Below are positions 45,345-56,129 of a stretch of DNA of 64,000 bases, piece by piece (within the stretch, counting starts at the first letter, position 1; each line of letters opens with the position of its first letter). The position numbers and the translations under genes are program-made. Source of the DNA: an uncultured bacterium (lineage in GTDB: Bacteria > Bacillota > Clostridia > Christensenellales > QALW01); the NCBI GenBank assembly GCA_905214315.1, contig CAJMLN010000004.1, forward strand, positions 14,521 to 78,520. The letters run 5' to 3'. The notes under the pieces are model-generated. The model saw only the letters and a program-made list of their open reading frames with translations. It was not told the origin of the DNA and searched no databases.

Positions 45345-45464
45345 ATGAAAAAAAAGAAGAAAAATATGTGGCATGACGGAAATATCCCGTCCGATGTGGA
45401 GGGGAGCTATACCGGCGTCAGTGAAAACGGAGGCCCGCCCGTACAGGATGCCGACGATCTGTAA
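45345..45464 (+). CDS. Candidate 39-aa small protein
   Basis: An AAAGGAG Shine-Dalgarno sequence lies 7 nt before the ATG. The sequence is 'MKKKKKNMWHDGNIPSDVEGSYTGVSENGGPPVQDADDL'. It falls below the ORF-track cutoff. Confidence 0.4.
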   Translation: MKKKKKNMWHDGNIPSDVEGSYTGVSENGGPPVQDADDL

Positions 45465-45556
45465 CAAATTTTCAGATCTTTTTGCAAAATTCACCATCTG
45501 CCGAACGACATTTTGTGTAAGGGCGCCGCGCTATAATGATGAAAAAACCGTAGTGG

Positions 45557-47794
45557 ATGGTGAAATGTATGAAACAGTGGATCAAGCCCGGACTGGCTTT
45601 TTTGTGCGGCTTGCTGGCGGCCCGGTGCAGCTTTTTGCAGGGCGTTTACCCCTTTGGGGGCGCGCTGCTGTGTGTGATGTATGAAAGCCGCTGGTTCTCC
45701 TTTCTCTTTTTAGGCGCCGCGATCGGCGCCATTTCTACCGGAGCAACCGCCGGCGGTATGTTGCTGGCGGTTTTGCCGCAGGTTCTGCTTTTGCCCCTGC
45801 TGCTGCTTTTCAAAAAAAAGAACGTGCAGGCGCTTTTGTGGCGCCAGTTGGCGGTGCTGGCGGCCTGCACGGTGCCCGCACTGCTTTTACATATCGATTT
45901 TTACGAGCGCGTGTTCCAGATTTTTTCCGGTCTGCTGGCCGTATGCCTGATTCCGCTGCTCAAGCGCATCGTGCTTTCGGTTTCCCAGCTGGAGAGCCGG
46001 CTGAGTTTAGAACGCGCGGATATTCTGGCCCTGGGCTGTGTGGGCGGACTGGTGCTTGCCTGCCTGCCGCGTACGGATTTTTTAGGGTTTAACCTGTGTA
46101 TTTTTGCATTGCTGTTTTCCTCCTCCTTGGCGGTATGCGCCTTTGAGGGCGCGGGCAGTATGTGGGCTTCCATCTGTGCTATCATGTGGGTGGTCAAGGG
46201 GGGCGATTCCACCATTGCGCTGTGTCTGGTGGCCGGAGGCATCTTTGCAGGAATGCTTGCCTCCAAAAAAGGCGGTATTCTGCTGGGCTTTCTGCTGGGG
46301 GACATGCTGGTAAGCCTGTTCTTTTTAAATGCCTTTGCCATCAGTACAGGCGTGGTCAATCTTGTTTTAGGCTGTGGTTACACCGTGTTTTTAAAGGCCG
46401 CCTGGGTAGAGCGGCTCCGGCGGCTGGCCGGCGTGCGCTCGGGTGTAAATGATTTGGAGATGAGTTATATCGAGGGGCTGCGGCAGCAGCAGAGTGAGAA
46501 ATTAAAGGGCGCCGGAAGAATGTATGCCGAGCTGGCCAAGGCGTTTACCGCCGCCTCAAGAAACCGGGAGTTCCGCAGCGAGCTGATCGACCGTACGGTA
46601 CAGCTTTGCCGGGAGTGCGAGAAGAGCGAATACTGCCTGAAAAGCCGGAAAAGCGATACGCTGATTGAACTGGGACAGGCAGCCGACGAGCTGATGGAGC
46701 GGGAACGGATTTCCGGCCTGCCGCTGACATTGACGGCCCGGTGCGTCCGGCCCATGGAGCTTTTGGCGGGGCTGACGGCCAATTTCAAAACCCTTTCGGC
46801 TGCCCGGCGGGAAAACCCGGACGAGAGCATGGAAATGGCGCAGCAGCTGAAAAGCCTTTCGGAAATGCTGTTTTCGCTGGCGGAGGATCTTTCCGAGCTG
46901 CCGGAATTTGATAAGGAGAGGGAGCTGGCGGTGAAAGAAGTGCTGGCCTCGCGCGTAGGCGGTGTGAAACAGGTGCTGTGCCGAAAAAACGGGGAAAGCC
47001 ATACGCTACAGATCACTTTGAAAGAATATACTAAGGATACGCAAAATAAAATATGCCGTGCCCTGGAGGCGGGATTTTTGGGAAAATACCGCTGCTTAAA
47101 CGGCGGAATTAATAAAAGCGGCGGCTTTACCGGTACCTTTGCGGCTGAGCCTAAATTTAAAGTAAACGCTTATGCCTGCCGCCGGAGCAAGAGCGGTGAG
47201 GCGGTATGCGGCGATTCCTTTACCTTTGGCAGTGTGGATAACGATAAATATATCGCCGCCATCAGCGACGGCGCCGGCAGCGGCGAAAAAGCCGCTAAAG
47301 AGAGCGAAAGTGCGCTGGATCTTTTAGAGGCCTTTACTTCCACCCATATCAAGCGCAGCGATATGTTCAAAGCTATGAATCAGCTTCTGCTGCTGAAGGG
47401 GGACAACGAGGCGTACTCCACCATGGATGTGGCGGAATTTAATCTGGAAAATGGCATCCTGTACTGGACCAAGATCGGCGCGGTGCCGGGATATATTGTT
47501 AGGGGCGGCAAGGTGGAAAAGGTGGAGGCGGGCGCTCTGCCCATGGGCATTGTGTCCAAGATCAATCCCGCCACTACCAAAAAGCTGGTGCAGAACGGCG
47601 ACGTCATCGTGCTGATGAGCGACGGTGTGTACGACGGCCTTTGCCGCGGCGAGGAGGATACGATTAGCCGTATATTGGCGCAGGAAACGCCGGAAAATAC
47701 CAAAGAACTTGCTGAAAAATTGCTGGAGAGCGCAAAAGAAGCCAGGGTGGATGACGATATGACGGTTATGGTGCTTCGGGTGGACGCGGCATAA
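45557..47794 (+). CDS. spoIIE: Stage II sporulation protein E (PP2C phosphatase)
   Basis: 745 aa. About 10 N-terminal TM helices are followed by a central regulatory region. The C-terminal PP2C domain reads 'CGDSFTFG...AISDGAGSGEKAAKES...VLMSDGVYD...DDMTVMVLRV'. Confidence 0.9.
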   Translation: MVKCMKQWIKPGLAFLCGLLAARCSFLQGVYPFGGALLCVMYESRWFSFLFLGAAIGAISTGATAGGMLLAVLPQVLLLPLLLLFKKKNVQALLWRQLAVLAACTVPALLLHIDFYERVFQIFSGLLAVCLIPLLKRIVLSVSQLESRLSLERADILALGCVGGLVLACLPRTDFLGFNLCIFALLFSSSLAVCAFEGAGSMWASICAIMWVVKGGDSTIALCLVAGGIFAGMLASKKGGILLGFLLGDMLVSLFFLNAFAISTGVVNLVLGCGYTVFLKAAWVERLRRLAGVRSGVNDLEMSYIEGLRQQQSEKLKGAGRMYAELAKAFTAASRNREFRSELIDRTVQLCRECEKSEYCLKSRKSDTLIELGQAADELMERERISGLPLTLTARCVRPMELLAGLTANFKTLSAARRENPDESMEMAQQLKSLSEMLFSLAEDLSELPEFDKERELAVKEVLASRVGGVKQVLCRKNGESHTLQITLKEYTKDTQNKICRALEAGFLGKYRCLNGGINKSGGFTGTFAAEPKFKVNAYACRRSKSGEAVCGDSFTFGSVDNDKYIAAISDGAGSGEKAAKESESALDLLEAFTSTHIKRSDMFKAMNQLLLLKGDNEAYSTMDVAEFNLENGILYWTKIGAVPGYIVRGGKVEKVEAGALPMGIVSKINPATTKKLVQNGDVIVLMSDGVYDGLCRGEEDTISRILAQETPENTKELAEKLLESAKEARVDDDMTVMVLRVDAA

Positions 47795-47976
47795 CGGATA
47801 TGGCGGCCTATGAAGGCACGGAAATTGTTCAAAAAAGTGGTGACTTTAAAACGCTGCCCTTCATTCGCCTGACGGCGCCAGCTCTCTTTGTCAGGGAGCC
47901 GTTAAGTGATTGCAGAACGGAAAGGGAGCTTTTCATAATTTTTTGCTTTATGGATAAGGCTTTGTTAAAACGGTGT

Positions 47977-48795
47977 TTATGAGCATTGTTCCAACAGTGC
48001 CTGTGCTTCTGCAAAATCGGGAAAGAGCGCTATCAGTTCATTTAAAATTTCAGCGGCGGCAGCAGCACTGCCGCTGTCGTAAAGCTGTTGTGCTTGGGCA
48101 AATTTGGGGCGGCCGTAGGCTTCCAGGCAATTGGCTAAAAGCTCCTGAGCAGAGGTATATTTTTGAGAATCTTTTTCGGAAACCTTCTGTAGCTCTTCTG
48201 CCGCTTTTGCATATTCGCCCGCACTGTAGAACGCTGAGCCTTCGGCAAAAGCTTTGTCGGAAACTGCTTTATGTTCCACCTCTTCGATGGCGGAGGAAAG
48301 CTTTTCAGAGGCAAAGCCGAAGCGTCCGGCGCGGCTTAAATAGGTTTTTGCTTCGTCCTGTGAATATTCTTCCCGGTAAAAGGCCGCGGTTATTTCGTCG
48401 AGCTTGGCGTATACGGCCGGTTCGATAAAAGCCTTGAATATTTCAAGACCTCGATAGCGGGTCCAGACCTCAGAGGTATAGTCTGCTGAAAAACAGAGAG
48501 AGAAATATTCTTCTAAGTGTACGGAAAGTTCATCGGAGAGGGACTCCTGAGTTCCTTTTTCTTCTGCTTCCTTCCAAATAGTGGCAGCCGCCTGATAATT
48601 GTTTTCATGAAGCGCCGCCGCAAATTTTCCTGACCCGGAATGCAAATACAGCAGACCATTTTCACTGAAGAGAAAAAAGTATATTAGAAATCCCGTCATC
48701 ACAAGGATTGCGGCGGACAATAGTATGGTGAGCGCGCGGGAGTCTTTTGCGGCGCGGCGCGGCGCAGGTTTGCCGCTTCTTCTGTTCTGGGCCAT
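47977..48795 (-). CDS. Membrane-anchored helical-repeat protein, function unknown
   Basis: 272 aa with a basic N-terminus and one TM helix. The extracytoplasmic part looks TPR-like and rich in A/E/Y. Confidence 0.4.
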   Translation of the reverse strand: MAQNRRSGKPAPRRAAKDSRALTILLSAAILVMTGFLIYFFLFSENGLLYLHSGSGKFAAALHENNYQAAATIWKEAEEKGTQESLSDELSVHLEEYFSLCFSADYTSEVWTRYRGLEIFKAFIEPAVYAKLDEITAAFYREEYSQDEAKTYLSRAGRFGFASEKLSSAIEEVEHKAVSDKAFAEGSAFYSAGEYAKAAEELQKVSEKDSQKYTSAQELLANCLEAYGRPKFAQAQQLYDSGSAAAAAEILNELIALFPDFAEAQALLEQCS

Positions 48796-48995
48796 AATAA
48801 AAGTACCTCCCTCTGTTTATCTGAGCATAATGGAAAAAGCGCGTTTTCGGTATTCCCCGGCGCGGGGAAAAAAATAGATAATTTTTTGTTTTATCCGCAT
48901 ACAGCAGGCTTGTCCGAAAAAGGAGAGCCGGATATTGTTTTTCGGTAGTTAGGCAATTATTATAGCATAAACTGGCCGCGTGCGGCCAGTTTTTA

Positions 48996-50168
48996 TTATC
49001 TTTTTCCTTTTTTGATCAGCAGGCTGTTGATTTTTGTAGAAGGATCCAGCAATTCGCTGATGGAAGCGTCATGGTTCAGCGTGTCAGTGATATAGGCGAT
49101 GTACTTGGAAAGATCTACGCTGCAGTACCATGGCCGTGCCAGCAGCTCCGCGGTGCTGCGTACGGAGTTGGTAGTAAATACCTTGCGGATATATCCCTTT
49201 TCATACGCGTCGTCAAAATGCTCAAGCCCTTCGCAGAACAGACCGAATGTGGCGCATACATAAATATCTTTTGCATTCAGTTCCTTCAGCTTTACAGCCA
49301 GGTCCAGCACACTGTCGCCGGAGGAGATCATATCGTCTACGATGATCAGATCCTTGCCGGCAACATCGGCGCCTAAATACTCATGCGCTACAATAGGGTT
49401 GCGGCCGTTGATGACAACGGAATAGTCGCGGCGCTTATAGAACATTCCCAGGTCAACGCCCAGTACGGAGGAAAAATAAATGCCGCGGCTCATAGCACCT
49501 TCATCGGGGCTGATGATCATCAGGTGTTCTTTGTTAATGCTGATATCGGGAACCGCGTTGACCAACGCCTTGATCATCTGATAGGTGGGCATTACATTTT
49601 CAAAGCCGTGTACGGGAATGGCGTTCTGTACACGGGGATCGTGCGCGTCAAAGGTGATAATATTTTCTACTCCCATGCTTATCAGTTCCTGCAGAGCAAA
49701 TGCGCAGTCAAGCGATTCTCTTCCTGCGCGCTTATGCTGGCGTCCCTCATAGAGCATCGGCATGATAACGGTAATTCTTCTGGCCTTTCCGCCGATGGCG
49801 GCAATAATGCGTTTTAAATCAGCGTAGTGATCATCGGGACTCATAGGAACCTGCTGGCCGTACATCTTATAGGTAAGAGTGTGGTTGAACACATCGCAGA
49901 TGATATAGATATCCAAGCCCCGCACCGATTGCCGGATTACGCCTTTGGCCTCGCCGCTGCCGAACCGTGGACAGGAGATATCGATCATGTAGGTATCGCG
50001 TTCATATGCTACAAATCTGGCATCGTTTCGGAACTCACTGTCGCGCTCTTTCCGCCATTTGGTAAGATAGTAATCAATGCGTTTTCCGATCTCCTCGCAT
50101 CCGGGCATGGCGATGATGCCCAGCGGGGCAAAGGGAAGGCTTGTAAGGTTTTCTAAATAATCGGCCAT
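48996..50168 (-). CDS. Ribose-phosphate pyrophosphokinase family protein (long form)
   Basis: 390 aa. 'DLIIVDDMISSGDSV' is the PRPP-binding loop and 'ITFDAHDP' is also present. It is longer than canonical Prs. Confidence 0.75.
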   Translation of the reverse strand: MADYLENLTSLPFAPLGIIAMPGCEEIGKRIDYYLTKWRKERDSEFRNDARFVAYERDTYMIDISCPRFGSGEAKGVIRQSVRGLDIYIICDVFNHTLTYKMYGQQVPMSPDDHYADLKRIIAAIGGKARRITVIMPMLYEGRQHKRAGRESLDCAFALQELISMGVENIITFDAHDPRVQNAIPVHGFENVMPTYQMIKALVNAVPDISINKEHLMIISPDEGAMSRGIYFSSVLGVDLGMFYKRRDYSVVINGRNPIVAHEYLGADVAGKDLIIVDDMISSGDSVLDLAVKLKELNAKDIYVCATFGLFCEGLEHFDDAYEKGYIRKVFTTNSVRSTAELLARPWYCSVDLSKYIAYITDTLNHDASISELLDPSTKINSLLIKKGKR

Positions 50169-50261
50169 AAAAGTTCCTCCTAAACTGTGTTCTTTTGTTC
50201 CAGCAACATTATACTATCTTATAACATTTTTGTAAAACGCATATCTGCGTATTTTTGCTGT

Positions 50262-50296
50262 TTTTGTAAAAAAAGAAACAGAGCTTTCGCTCTGTT
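50262..50296 (-). terminator. Rho-independent terminator after dnaJ
   Basis: Read on the minus strand: stem aacagagc-gaaa-gctctgtt followed by tctttttttac. Confidence 0.6.
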
Positions 50297-50319
50297 CTAA
50301 AATAAGGAATTCTCAGGTC

Positions 50320-51426
50320 TTAAAACAGGCCCTTCTTCTTTTTTCCTTTTTCCGTGCCGCTGAGCTCTTCCTGAAAAGCTTTCAGCAGATCTTTTTGCTT
50401 ATTTGTAAGGCGTTTGGGTACGGAAAGGTTAACTGTTACGTACAAATCACCTTTCGTTTGGGTATTGATGCGGACGATACCCTGGTTTTTCATACGGAAG
50501 CGGGTGCCGGGCTGCGTGCCCTCCGGAATTTTTAAATTGGCGGTTCCCTCTAAGGTAGATACCTGAATTTCACCGCCCAGTACGGCCGTGGCATAATCGA
50601 TATCCATATTCAGGAACAAATCGCTGCCGCGGCGCAGGAAGCGGTCATGATCCGCAACGGCAATGCGTATGTATAAATCGCCGTTGCCGCCGCCGCGCCG
50701 TCCCTGTTCTCCTTCGCCGCGCAGGGTAATGGCCTGGCCGTTATCGATACCGGCGGGGATATTGACATTTAAAGTACGTCTGCGGCGGATCCTGCCCTTG
50801 CCGTTGCAGCGTGTGCAGGGATCTTTTATAATTTTTCCCGTACCGCGGCACCGGTCGCAGGGACGCGATGAAGCAAAACTGCCAAAGATCGTATTCTGCT
50901 GGGAATGTACCTGGCCGCTGCCGTGGCATATCGGGCAGGTTTCCGGCTGAGTGCCGGGCTTTGCGCCGCTGCCGTGGCATACGTCGCATTCCTCTTCCCG
51001 CAGCAGCTCTATATCCTTTTTTGTACCGAAAGCCGCTTCTTCAAAGGAAATTTTAAGGTCTACCCGAAGGTCGTTGCCGCGCTGGGGGGCATTGGGATTC
51101 CGCTGCTGCCGCGCGCCGCCGCCGAAAAAGGTATCAAAAATATCGCCGAAGCCGGAAAAGCCCTCGCTGCTGTAGGTATAGCCTCCGCCGCCGAAGCCCT
51201 GCGGACCGTCGTGGCCGAATTGGTCATAATTGGCTCTTTTCTGAGGATCGGAAAGGACGTCGTAGGCCTCGTTGACTTCCTTAAAGCGAGCCTCGCATTC
51301 GGCATCACCCGGATGCATATCCGGGTGATACTTCTTTGCCAATTGGCGGAAGGCTTTTTTTATTTCGTCCTCACTGGCGTTTTTCTCTACGCCGAGCACC
51401 TCGTAATAATCACGCTTATTCGCCAT
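50320..51426 (-). CDS. dnaJ: Chaperone DnaJ
   Basis: The J domain reads 'DYYEVLGV...KKYHPD'. A G/F region and four CxxCxGxG zinc motifs follow. Confidence 0.97.
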   Translation of the reverse strand: MANKRDYYEVLGVEKNASEDEIKKAFRQLAKKYHPDMHPGDAECEARFKEVNEAYDVLSDPQKRANYDQFGHDGPQGFGGGGYTYSSEGFSGFGDIFDTFFGGGARQQRNPNAPQRGNDLRVDLKISFEEAAFGTKKDIELLREEECDVCHGSGAKPGTQPETCPICHGSGQVHSQQNTIFGSFASSRPCDRCRGTGKIIKDPCTRCNGKGRIRRRRTLNVNIPAGIDNGQAITLRGEGEQGRRGGGNGDLYIRIAVADHDRFLRRGSDLFLNMDIDYATAVLGGEIQVSTLEGTANLKIPEGTQPGTRFRMKNQGIVRINTQTKGDLYVTVNLSVPKRLTNKQKDLLKAFQEELSGTEKGKKKKGLF

Positions 51427-51434
51427 ATCAACTA

Positions 51435-53282
51435 TTATTTATCCTCATCTACTACTTCGTAATCCGCATCATAGGTATTGCCGTTTCCGGGATCTGCGCC
51501 GCCGGCTTCTGCCTGGTCTACATTCGGCGCGCCCTGGGCGCCCGCCGCTGCCTGGGCTGAGGCATAAATCTTGCCGAAAATCTCCTGGCTCACCTGGGCC
51601 AGCTTATCGGAGGCAGCCTTGATGGCTGCGGTATCCGTTCCGGCAAGGGCAGCCTTTGCCGCGTCGATCTCGGTCTGGATTTTTGCCTTATCGTCCGAGG
51701 CGATCTTATCGCCCAGCTCGTTTAAGGTGCGCTCGGTATTGTATACCAGACCGTCGGCCTGATTGCGCGTTTCTACGTTTTCTTTATTCTTTTTATCCTC
51801 CGCCGCATACTGCTCGGCCTCCTTTACGGCCTTGTCGATTTCTTCGTCGGAAAGGTTTGTGCTGGCGGTAATCGTGATATCCTGGGAATTGCCCGTGCCA
51901 AGATCCTTAGCTGAAACATGTACGATGCCGTTGGCGTCGATATCAAAGGAAACCTCAATCTGCGGTACGCCGCGGGGCGCTGCCGGAATGCCGGTCAGCT
52001 GGAAACGCCCCAGCGTCTTATTATATTGCGCCATTTCACGCTCGCCCTGCAGTACGTGAATTTCAACCGAGGTCTGGCCGTCGGCGGCGGTGGAGAAAAT
52101 CTGGCTCTTTTTAGCCGGAATGGTGGTGTTGCGTTCAATCAGCTTGGTGCACACGCCGCCTAAGGTCTCAATACCCAAAGAAAGCGGGGTTACATCCAGC
52201 AGAAGAACATCTTTTACCTCGCCGCCGAGCACGCCGCCCTGAATGGCCGCGCCGATGGCAACGCATTCGTCGGGGTTGATGCCCTTAAACGGCTCCTTGC
52301 CGGTGATTTTCTTTACAGCCTCCTGCACAGCGGGGATTCGGGTAGAACCACCCACCAGTACTACGCGGTGGATATCATTCATTGAAACACCCGCGTCGCT
52401 CATGGCCTTATTTACCGGATCCATCGTGCGTTTTACCAGATCGCTGGTTAAATCGTCAAACTTAGCGCGGGTCAGGGTCAGGTCCATATGCAGCGGACCG
52501 GCGGGGCCCATGGAGATGTAGGGCAGATTGATGTTGGCCGAAAGCGTGCCGGAAAGGTCGATCTTTGCTTTTTCCGCGGCTTCCTTCAGACGCTGCATGG
52601 CCATTTTGTCCTGTGAAAGATCTACGCCGTTGCTCTTTTTAAATTCAGAAACCATCCAGTCCATAATGTGCTGGTCGAAATCGTCACCGCCCAAGTGGGT
52701 ATCGCCGTTGGTAGCCAGTACCTCAAATACGCCGTCGCCGATCTCCAGAATGGAAACGTCGAACGTGCCGCCGCCCAGGTCGTAGATCAAAATTTTCTGG
52801 TTTTCCTCTTTGTCCAGACCATAGGCCAGGGAGGCCGCCGTGGGCTCGTTGATAATACGCAGTACCTCAAGACCGGCGATCTTGCCGGCGTCCTTGGTGG
52901 CCTGACGCTGGGAGTCGTTAAAATACGCGGGAACGGTAATAACCGCCTGGGTAACGCTCTCACCTAAATAAGCTTCGGCGTCAGTCTTCAGCTTGGTAAG
53001 GATCATCGCGGAGATCTCCTGGGGAGAATAGCTCTTGCCGTCAATGGTGCGTTTGCTGGCGGTGCCCATGTCACGCTTGATGGACATCACCGTGTTATCC
53101 GGATTGGCTACGGCCTGACGCTTGGCGATAGCGCCTACCAGACGCTCACCGTCTTTAAAGGCCACAACAGAAGGAGTCGTTCTTGCCCCTTCGCTGTTGG
53201 GAATGACGACGGGCTCGCCGCCTTCCATTACTGCTACGCAGGAATTGGTTGTACCTAAATCAATACCGATAATTTTGCTCAT
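51435..53282 (-). CDS. dnaK: Chaperone DnaK (Hsp70)
   Basis: '[14 protein letters not shown]', '[12 protein letters not shown]' and '[13 protein letters not shown]' are all present. Confidence 0.98.
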   Translation of the reverse strand: MSKIIGIDLGTTNSCVAVMEGGEPVVIPNSEGARTTPSVVAFKDGERLVGAIAKRQAVANPDNTVMSIKRDMGTASKRTIDGKSYSPQEISAMILTKLKTDAEAYLGESVTQAVITVPAYFNDSQRQATKDAGKIAGLEVLRIINEPTAASLAYGLDKEENQKILIYDLGGGTFDVSILEIGDGVFEVLATNGDTHLGGDDFDQHIMDWMVSEFKKSNGVDLSQDKMAMQRLKEAAEKAKIDLSGTLSANINLPYISMGPAGPLHMDLTLTRAKFDDLTSDLVKRTMDPVNKAMSDAGVSMNDIHRVVLVGGSTRIPAVQEAVKKITGKEPFKGINPDECVAIGAAIQGGVLGGEVKDVLLLDVTPLSLGIETLGGVCTKLIERNTTIPAKKSQIFSTAADGQTSVEIHVLQGEREMAQYNKTLGRFQLTGIPAAPRGVPQIEVSFDIDANGIVHVSAKDLGTGNSQDITITASTNLSDEEIDKAVKEAEQYAAEDKKNKENVETRNQADGLVYNTERTLNELGDKIASDDKAKIQTEIDAAKAALAGTDTAAIKAASDKLAQVSQEIFGKIYASAQAAAGAQGAPNVDQAEAGGADPGNGNTYDADYEVVDEDK

Positions 53283-53318
53283 AATCTATATCCTCCTGAA
53301 AATAATCAATAAATATTA

Positions 53319-53903
53319 TCAAATGGTTACCTGAACCATTGAATAGCGAATAATTCTGCCGTCGATTTTATAGCCCTTGGCAAAGACGGCCGCTACAGTG
53401 CCGGGCTTTTGTTCTTCTGTACAGGGAACTTGCATTACGGCGTTATGGCAAGCAGGATCAAATGGAAGCCCCTGGGCCTCAATCTCTTCCACGCCCAGCT
53501 CCTTCAGAGCCTGCGCCATTTGCTTGAGCACCATCTCCAGTCCCTCCATCAGCGTGCCGGCGGTACCGTTTTCCCGTTCGGTCTGCAGTGCACGCTCCAA
53601 ATTGTCCATCACCGGCAAAAAGCTTTTAACGGCTTCGGCTTTGCCATCGGCCATGGCGTCGGCGCGCAGAGAAGCATTTCGCTTGCGGTAGTTGTCAAAA
53701 TCTGCCTGGATCCGCTGCGCAAGCTGCAGATATTCCTCTTCCTTGCTGGCTTCCTCCGGCTCCTCTGTCTCTTCGGGCTGTACATATTCTTCAGCCGCGC
53801 TGGTTTCCTGTGAGGCCTCTTTTGTATCTTCCTGTGTATTTTCAGCTTCTTCGGCCTTTTTTGCCGATTCCTTTATGGTGTCGTCATTCTTCTTCTCTTT
53901 CAC
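53319..53903 (-). CDS. grpE: Nucleotide exchange factor GrpE
   Basis: 194 aa. An acidic N-terminus is followed by 'ADFDNYRKR', 'LPVMDNLERAL' and 'GYKIDGRIIRYSMV'. Confidence 0.93.
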   Translation of the reverse strand: MKEKKNDDTIKESAKKAEEAENTQEDTKEASQETSAAEEYVQPEETEEPEEASKEEEYLQLAQRIQADFDNYRKRNASLRADAMADGKAEAVKSFLPVMDNLERALQTERENGTAGTLMEGLEMVLKQMAQALKELGVEEIEAQGLPFDPACHNAVMQVPCTEEQKPGTVAAVFAKGYKIDGRIIRYSMVQVTI

Positions 53904-54933
53904 CTGTTTTTTCCTCCAATGCTGTAGTTTCGGTAAAAACCCTGCTCAGGGTTTTGCCCATTTGGTCAAGCACAGAAAGGACTTTGTCATACTGCATTCT
54001 GGTAGGGCCGATAACGCCGATTTTACCTAACGTTTTATTGCCCGCAGAGTATGTAGCCGTCACTATGCTTATATCGCCCAGGCCGGTTTCGCGGCCGATA
54101 CGGACGGTAATTCGGGAATCGTCCTCGTTTACAATTTCACCCAGCTTCTGCTTTTCTTCCAAAAGCTTTAAAAAACCGCGCGCCTTTTCCAGGTCGGTAA
54201 ACTCCTGATGGGCCAGCACCTTGCTGGCACCGTCGATCACCACACGGCTCTGTACACGGCCGAGCCTGGCCTCCAGCACCGCGCAGATCGTATCAAACAG
54301 CTGTTTTTGGTCGGCAATTTCATTTTCCATCATGAACTGCGCACCAGGGTGGATCTCGTTGACGCTTTTGCCCGCAAACATTTTGTTCAGCAGGCGGGAC
54401 ATGCTTTCCAGCTCCTCCTGCGTCATGGCGCGGGGAAGGGTAATGGGGGTATTCTGTACCATTCCCGTGTCGGTAAGCAGTACTACCATGGCTGTCAGCG
54501 GATTGACCGGCATCAGCTGGATGCTGCTTACGTTTACCTCCGTTGCCTTGGGCGGGGTTACAATGGAAACATACTGGGTCAGATCCGATATCACTCTTGC
54601 CGCATCCGAGAGCACTGCGCCGGTTTCGTCGATCCGTTGATCATAATATTTTTTGATGTAGTCAATCTCCGGCAGCGAAAGCTTGGAAAGATGCATCAGG
54701 TTATCCACATAGAAGCGGTAGGCTTTATCACTGGGAATTCTTCCTGCAGAGGTATGTGGCTGTTCAAGGTAGCCTAAATCCTCCAGGTCGCTCATTTCAT
54801 TGCGGATGGTAGCTGATGAAAGCGCAAAGCTTTTGGATATGGTGCGGGAGCCTACGGGAATGGCGTTGGTGATATAATCCTCTATAATTGCCTGTAATAT
54901 CTGTTTTTGCCGTTCGCTTAATTCATCCATCAA
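53884..54933 (-). CDS. hrcA: Heat-inducible repressor HrcA
   Basis: 349 aa. 'LSERQKQILQAIIEDYI...PVGSRTISK' is the winged HTH. The gene is first in the hrcA-grpE-dnaK-dnaJ order. Confidence 0.93.
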   Translation of the reverse strand: MMDELSERQKQILQAIIEDYITNAIPVGSRTISKSFALSSATIRNEMSDLEDLGYLEQPHTSAGRIPSDKAYRFYVDNLMHLSKLSLPEIDYIKKYYDQRIDETGAVLSDAARVISDLTQYVSIVTPPKATEVNVSSIQLMPVNPLTAMVVLLTDTGMVQNTPITLPRAMTQEELESMSRLLNKMFAGKSVNEIHPGAQFMMENEIADQKQLFDTICAVLEARLGRVQSRVVIDGASKVLAHQEFTDLEKARGFLKLLEEKQKLGEIVNEDDSRITVRIGRETGLGDISIVTATYSAGNKTLGKIGVIGPTRMQYDKVLSVLDQMGKTLSRVFTETTALEEKTGEREEE

Positions 54934-54956
54934 AAATCAGCCTTCATCATTTTTTG

Positions 54957-54983
54957 TTAGCACTCGAATGTGTCGAGTGCTAA
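54957..54983. promoter_or_regulatory. CIRCE operator (HrcA binding site)
   Basis: A perfect TTAGCACTC-N9-GAGTGCTAA inverted repeat lies between the promoter and the hrcA start. Confidence 0.92.
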
Positions 54984-54993
54984 TTTCAATTTC

Positions 54994-55022
54994 ATTATAG
55001 TACGCAAATTTGTATTTGTCAA
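54994..55022 (-). promoter_or_regulatory. Consensus sigma-A promoter of the hrcA operon
   Basis: Read on the minus strand: TTGACA, a 17-nt spacer, then TATAAT, immediately upstream of CIRCE. Confidence 0.75.
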
Positions 55023-55229
55023 CACTTTTAAGACTAACATTTTTAATTATTTTCATAAAATTGTGAAATATACAAAAATAAGGGAAGGCAAAATATTGCT
55101 GTTTTTAAAAAGAATACGGAATTTCCGCCGGCATTTAAAAAATATTGACAGGCCAAACAAAAACTGCAGCAAATGAAATTCGTTGAATGAACGAACAATA
55201 AATAAAACATAATAGAAAGGAGAGAAAAA

Positions 55230-55457
55230 ATGACGGTAAAAATCATTGCCCGCATCAGTAAAAAAAATTATAAAGCCCTGAAAAGACTGGCTAAACGTAA
55301 GGGAACCGACGCTGTACTCAATCAGGCGCTGAAACAATTTTTTGATAAAAATCATAAAATGAAAATGAAAGTACTGCTTAAAAAAGGATACCGGGCAATG
55401 GCGGGGCTGAATCTTTTTTTATGCGGGCCCGTGCTGCGGGAAGACCGCGAGTTTTAG
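55230..55457 (+). CDS. MazE/EndoAI-like RHH antitoxin
   Basis: 75 aa. The ribbon-helix-helix N-terminus reads 'VKIIARISKKNYKALKRLAKRKG'. 'LLKKGYRAMAGLNL' parallels 'MRRGYMEMAKINL' of B. subtilis EndoAI. The gene sits directly upstream of mazF. Confidence 0.6.
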   Translation: MTVKIIARISKKNYKALKRLAKRKGTDAVLNQALKQFFDKNHKMKMKVLLKKGYRAMAGLNLFLCGPVLREDREF

Positions 55458-55518
55458 TCCGGTAAAAAGCAGTGCTTTTGCCTGCTGCGGAGCAGGCTGC
55501 CAGGGAGGGTGAAACAAA

Positions 55519-55866
55519 TTGATAAAACGGGGCGAGATCTATTACGCCGATCTGTCGCCGGTGGTAGGCAGTGAACAAGGCGGAATAAGGCCTGTATTGA
55601 TTTTGCAGAACGACGTGGGCAACAGGTACAGCCCTACGATCATCGTGGCGGCAATTACCTCTAAAATAGATAAGGCAAAGCTTCCTACGCATATAGAAAT
55701 CGAAGGAGAACGGCACGGATTGCCGAAGGATTCGGTTATCCTGTTGGAGCAGATACGAACCATTGACAAAAGAAGGCTGAAGGAAAAGCTCGGGGGCCTG
55801 AATATTCCGGCGATGAGCCGGGTAGAAGAAGGCCTTAGGGTGAGCCTGGGCTTTGCGGAGTTTTAA
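55519..55866 (+). CDS. mazF: mRNA interferase toxin MazF/EndoA (PemK family)
   Basis: 115 aa with a TTG start and a GGAGGG Shine-Dalgarno sequence. '[59 protein letters not shown]...[17 protein letters not shown]' is nearly colinear with B. subtilis EndoA. Confidence 0.92.
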   Translation: MIKRGEIYYADLSPVVGSEQGGIRPVLILQNDVGNRYSPTIIVAAITSKIDKAKLPTHIEIEGERHGLPKDSVILLEQIRTIDKRRLKEKLGGLNIPAMSRVEEGLRVSLGFAEF

Positions 55867-56100
55867 GAGGAGCATCATACACGCGATATACGCACGGCTT
55901 CTGTGCCGGCAGATGGACAGAAAGGCTTCCTGCATTGGCAGGGAGCCTTTTTTGCAATGCGACAGGAAAACAAAAGGTATCTTTTTTTTTCGGCTGAGGG
56001 AGGTTTGCAAGGGAGAATTTCGGACTGGCCGGCCGGCGTATCGGCGGAACTCTGGCCGAGAGTTCTTTTTGTATTTAATTTTTACTTTATGTACTTTTTG

Positions 56101-56129
56101 TTGAATTTACTGCTTTTGTGTGTTATAAT
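56101..56129 (+). promoter_or_regulatory. Candidate sigma-A promoter for the GH-like lipoprotein gene
   Basis: TTGAAT, a 17-nt spacer, then TATAAT. Confidence 0.5.

Noticed and set aside
48840-48995. Hairpins (ccccggcgcgggg; ctggccgcgtgcggccag) downstream of the prs-like gene; considered as regulatory RNA
   Set aside because: The second is adequately explained as a bidirectional terminator for prs. The first has the wrong T-tract orientation and no supporting context.
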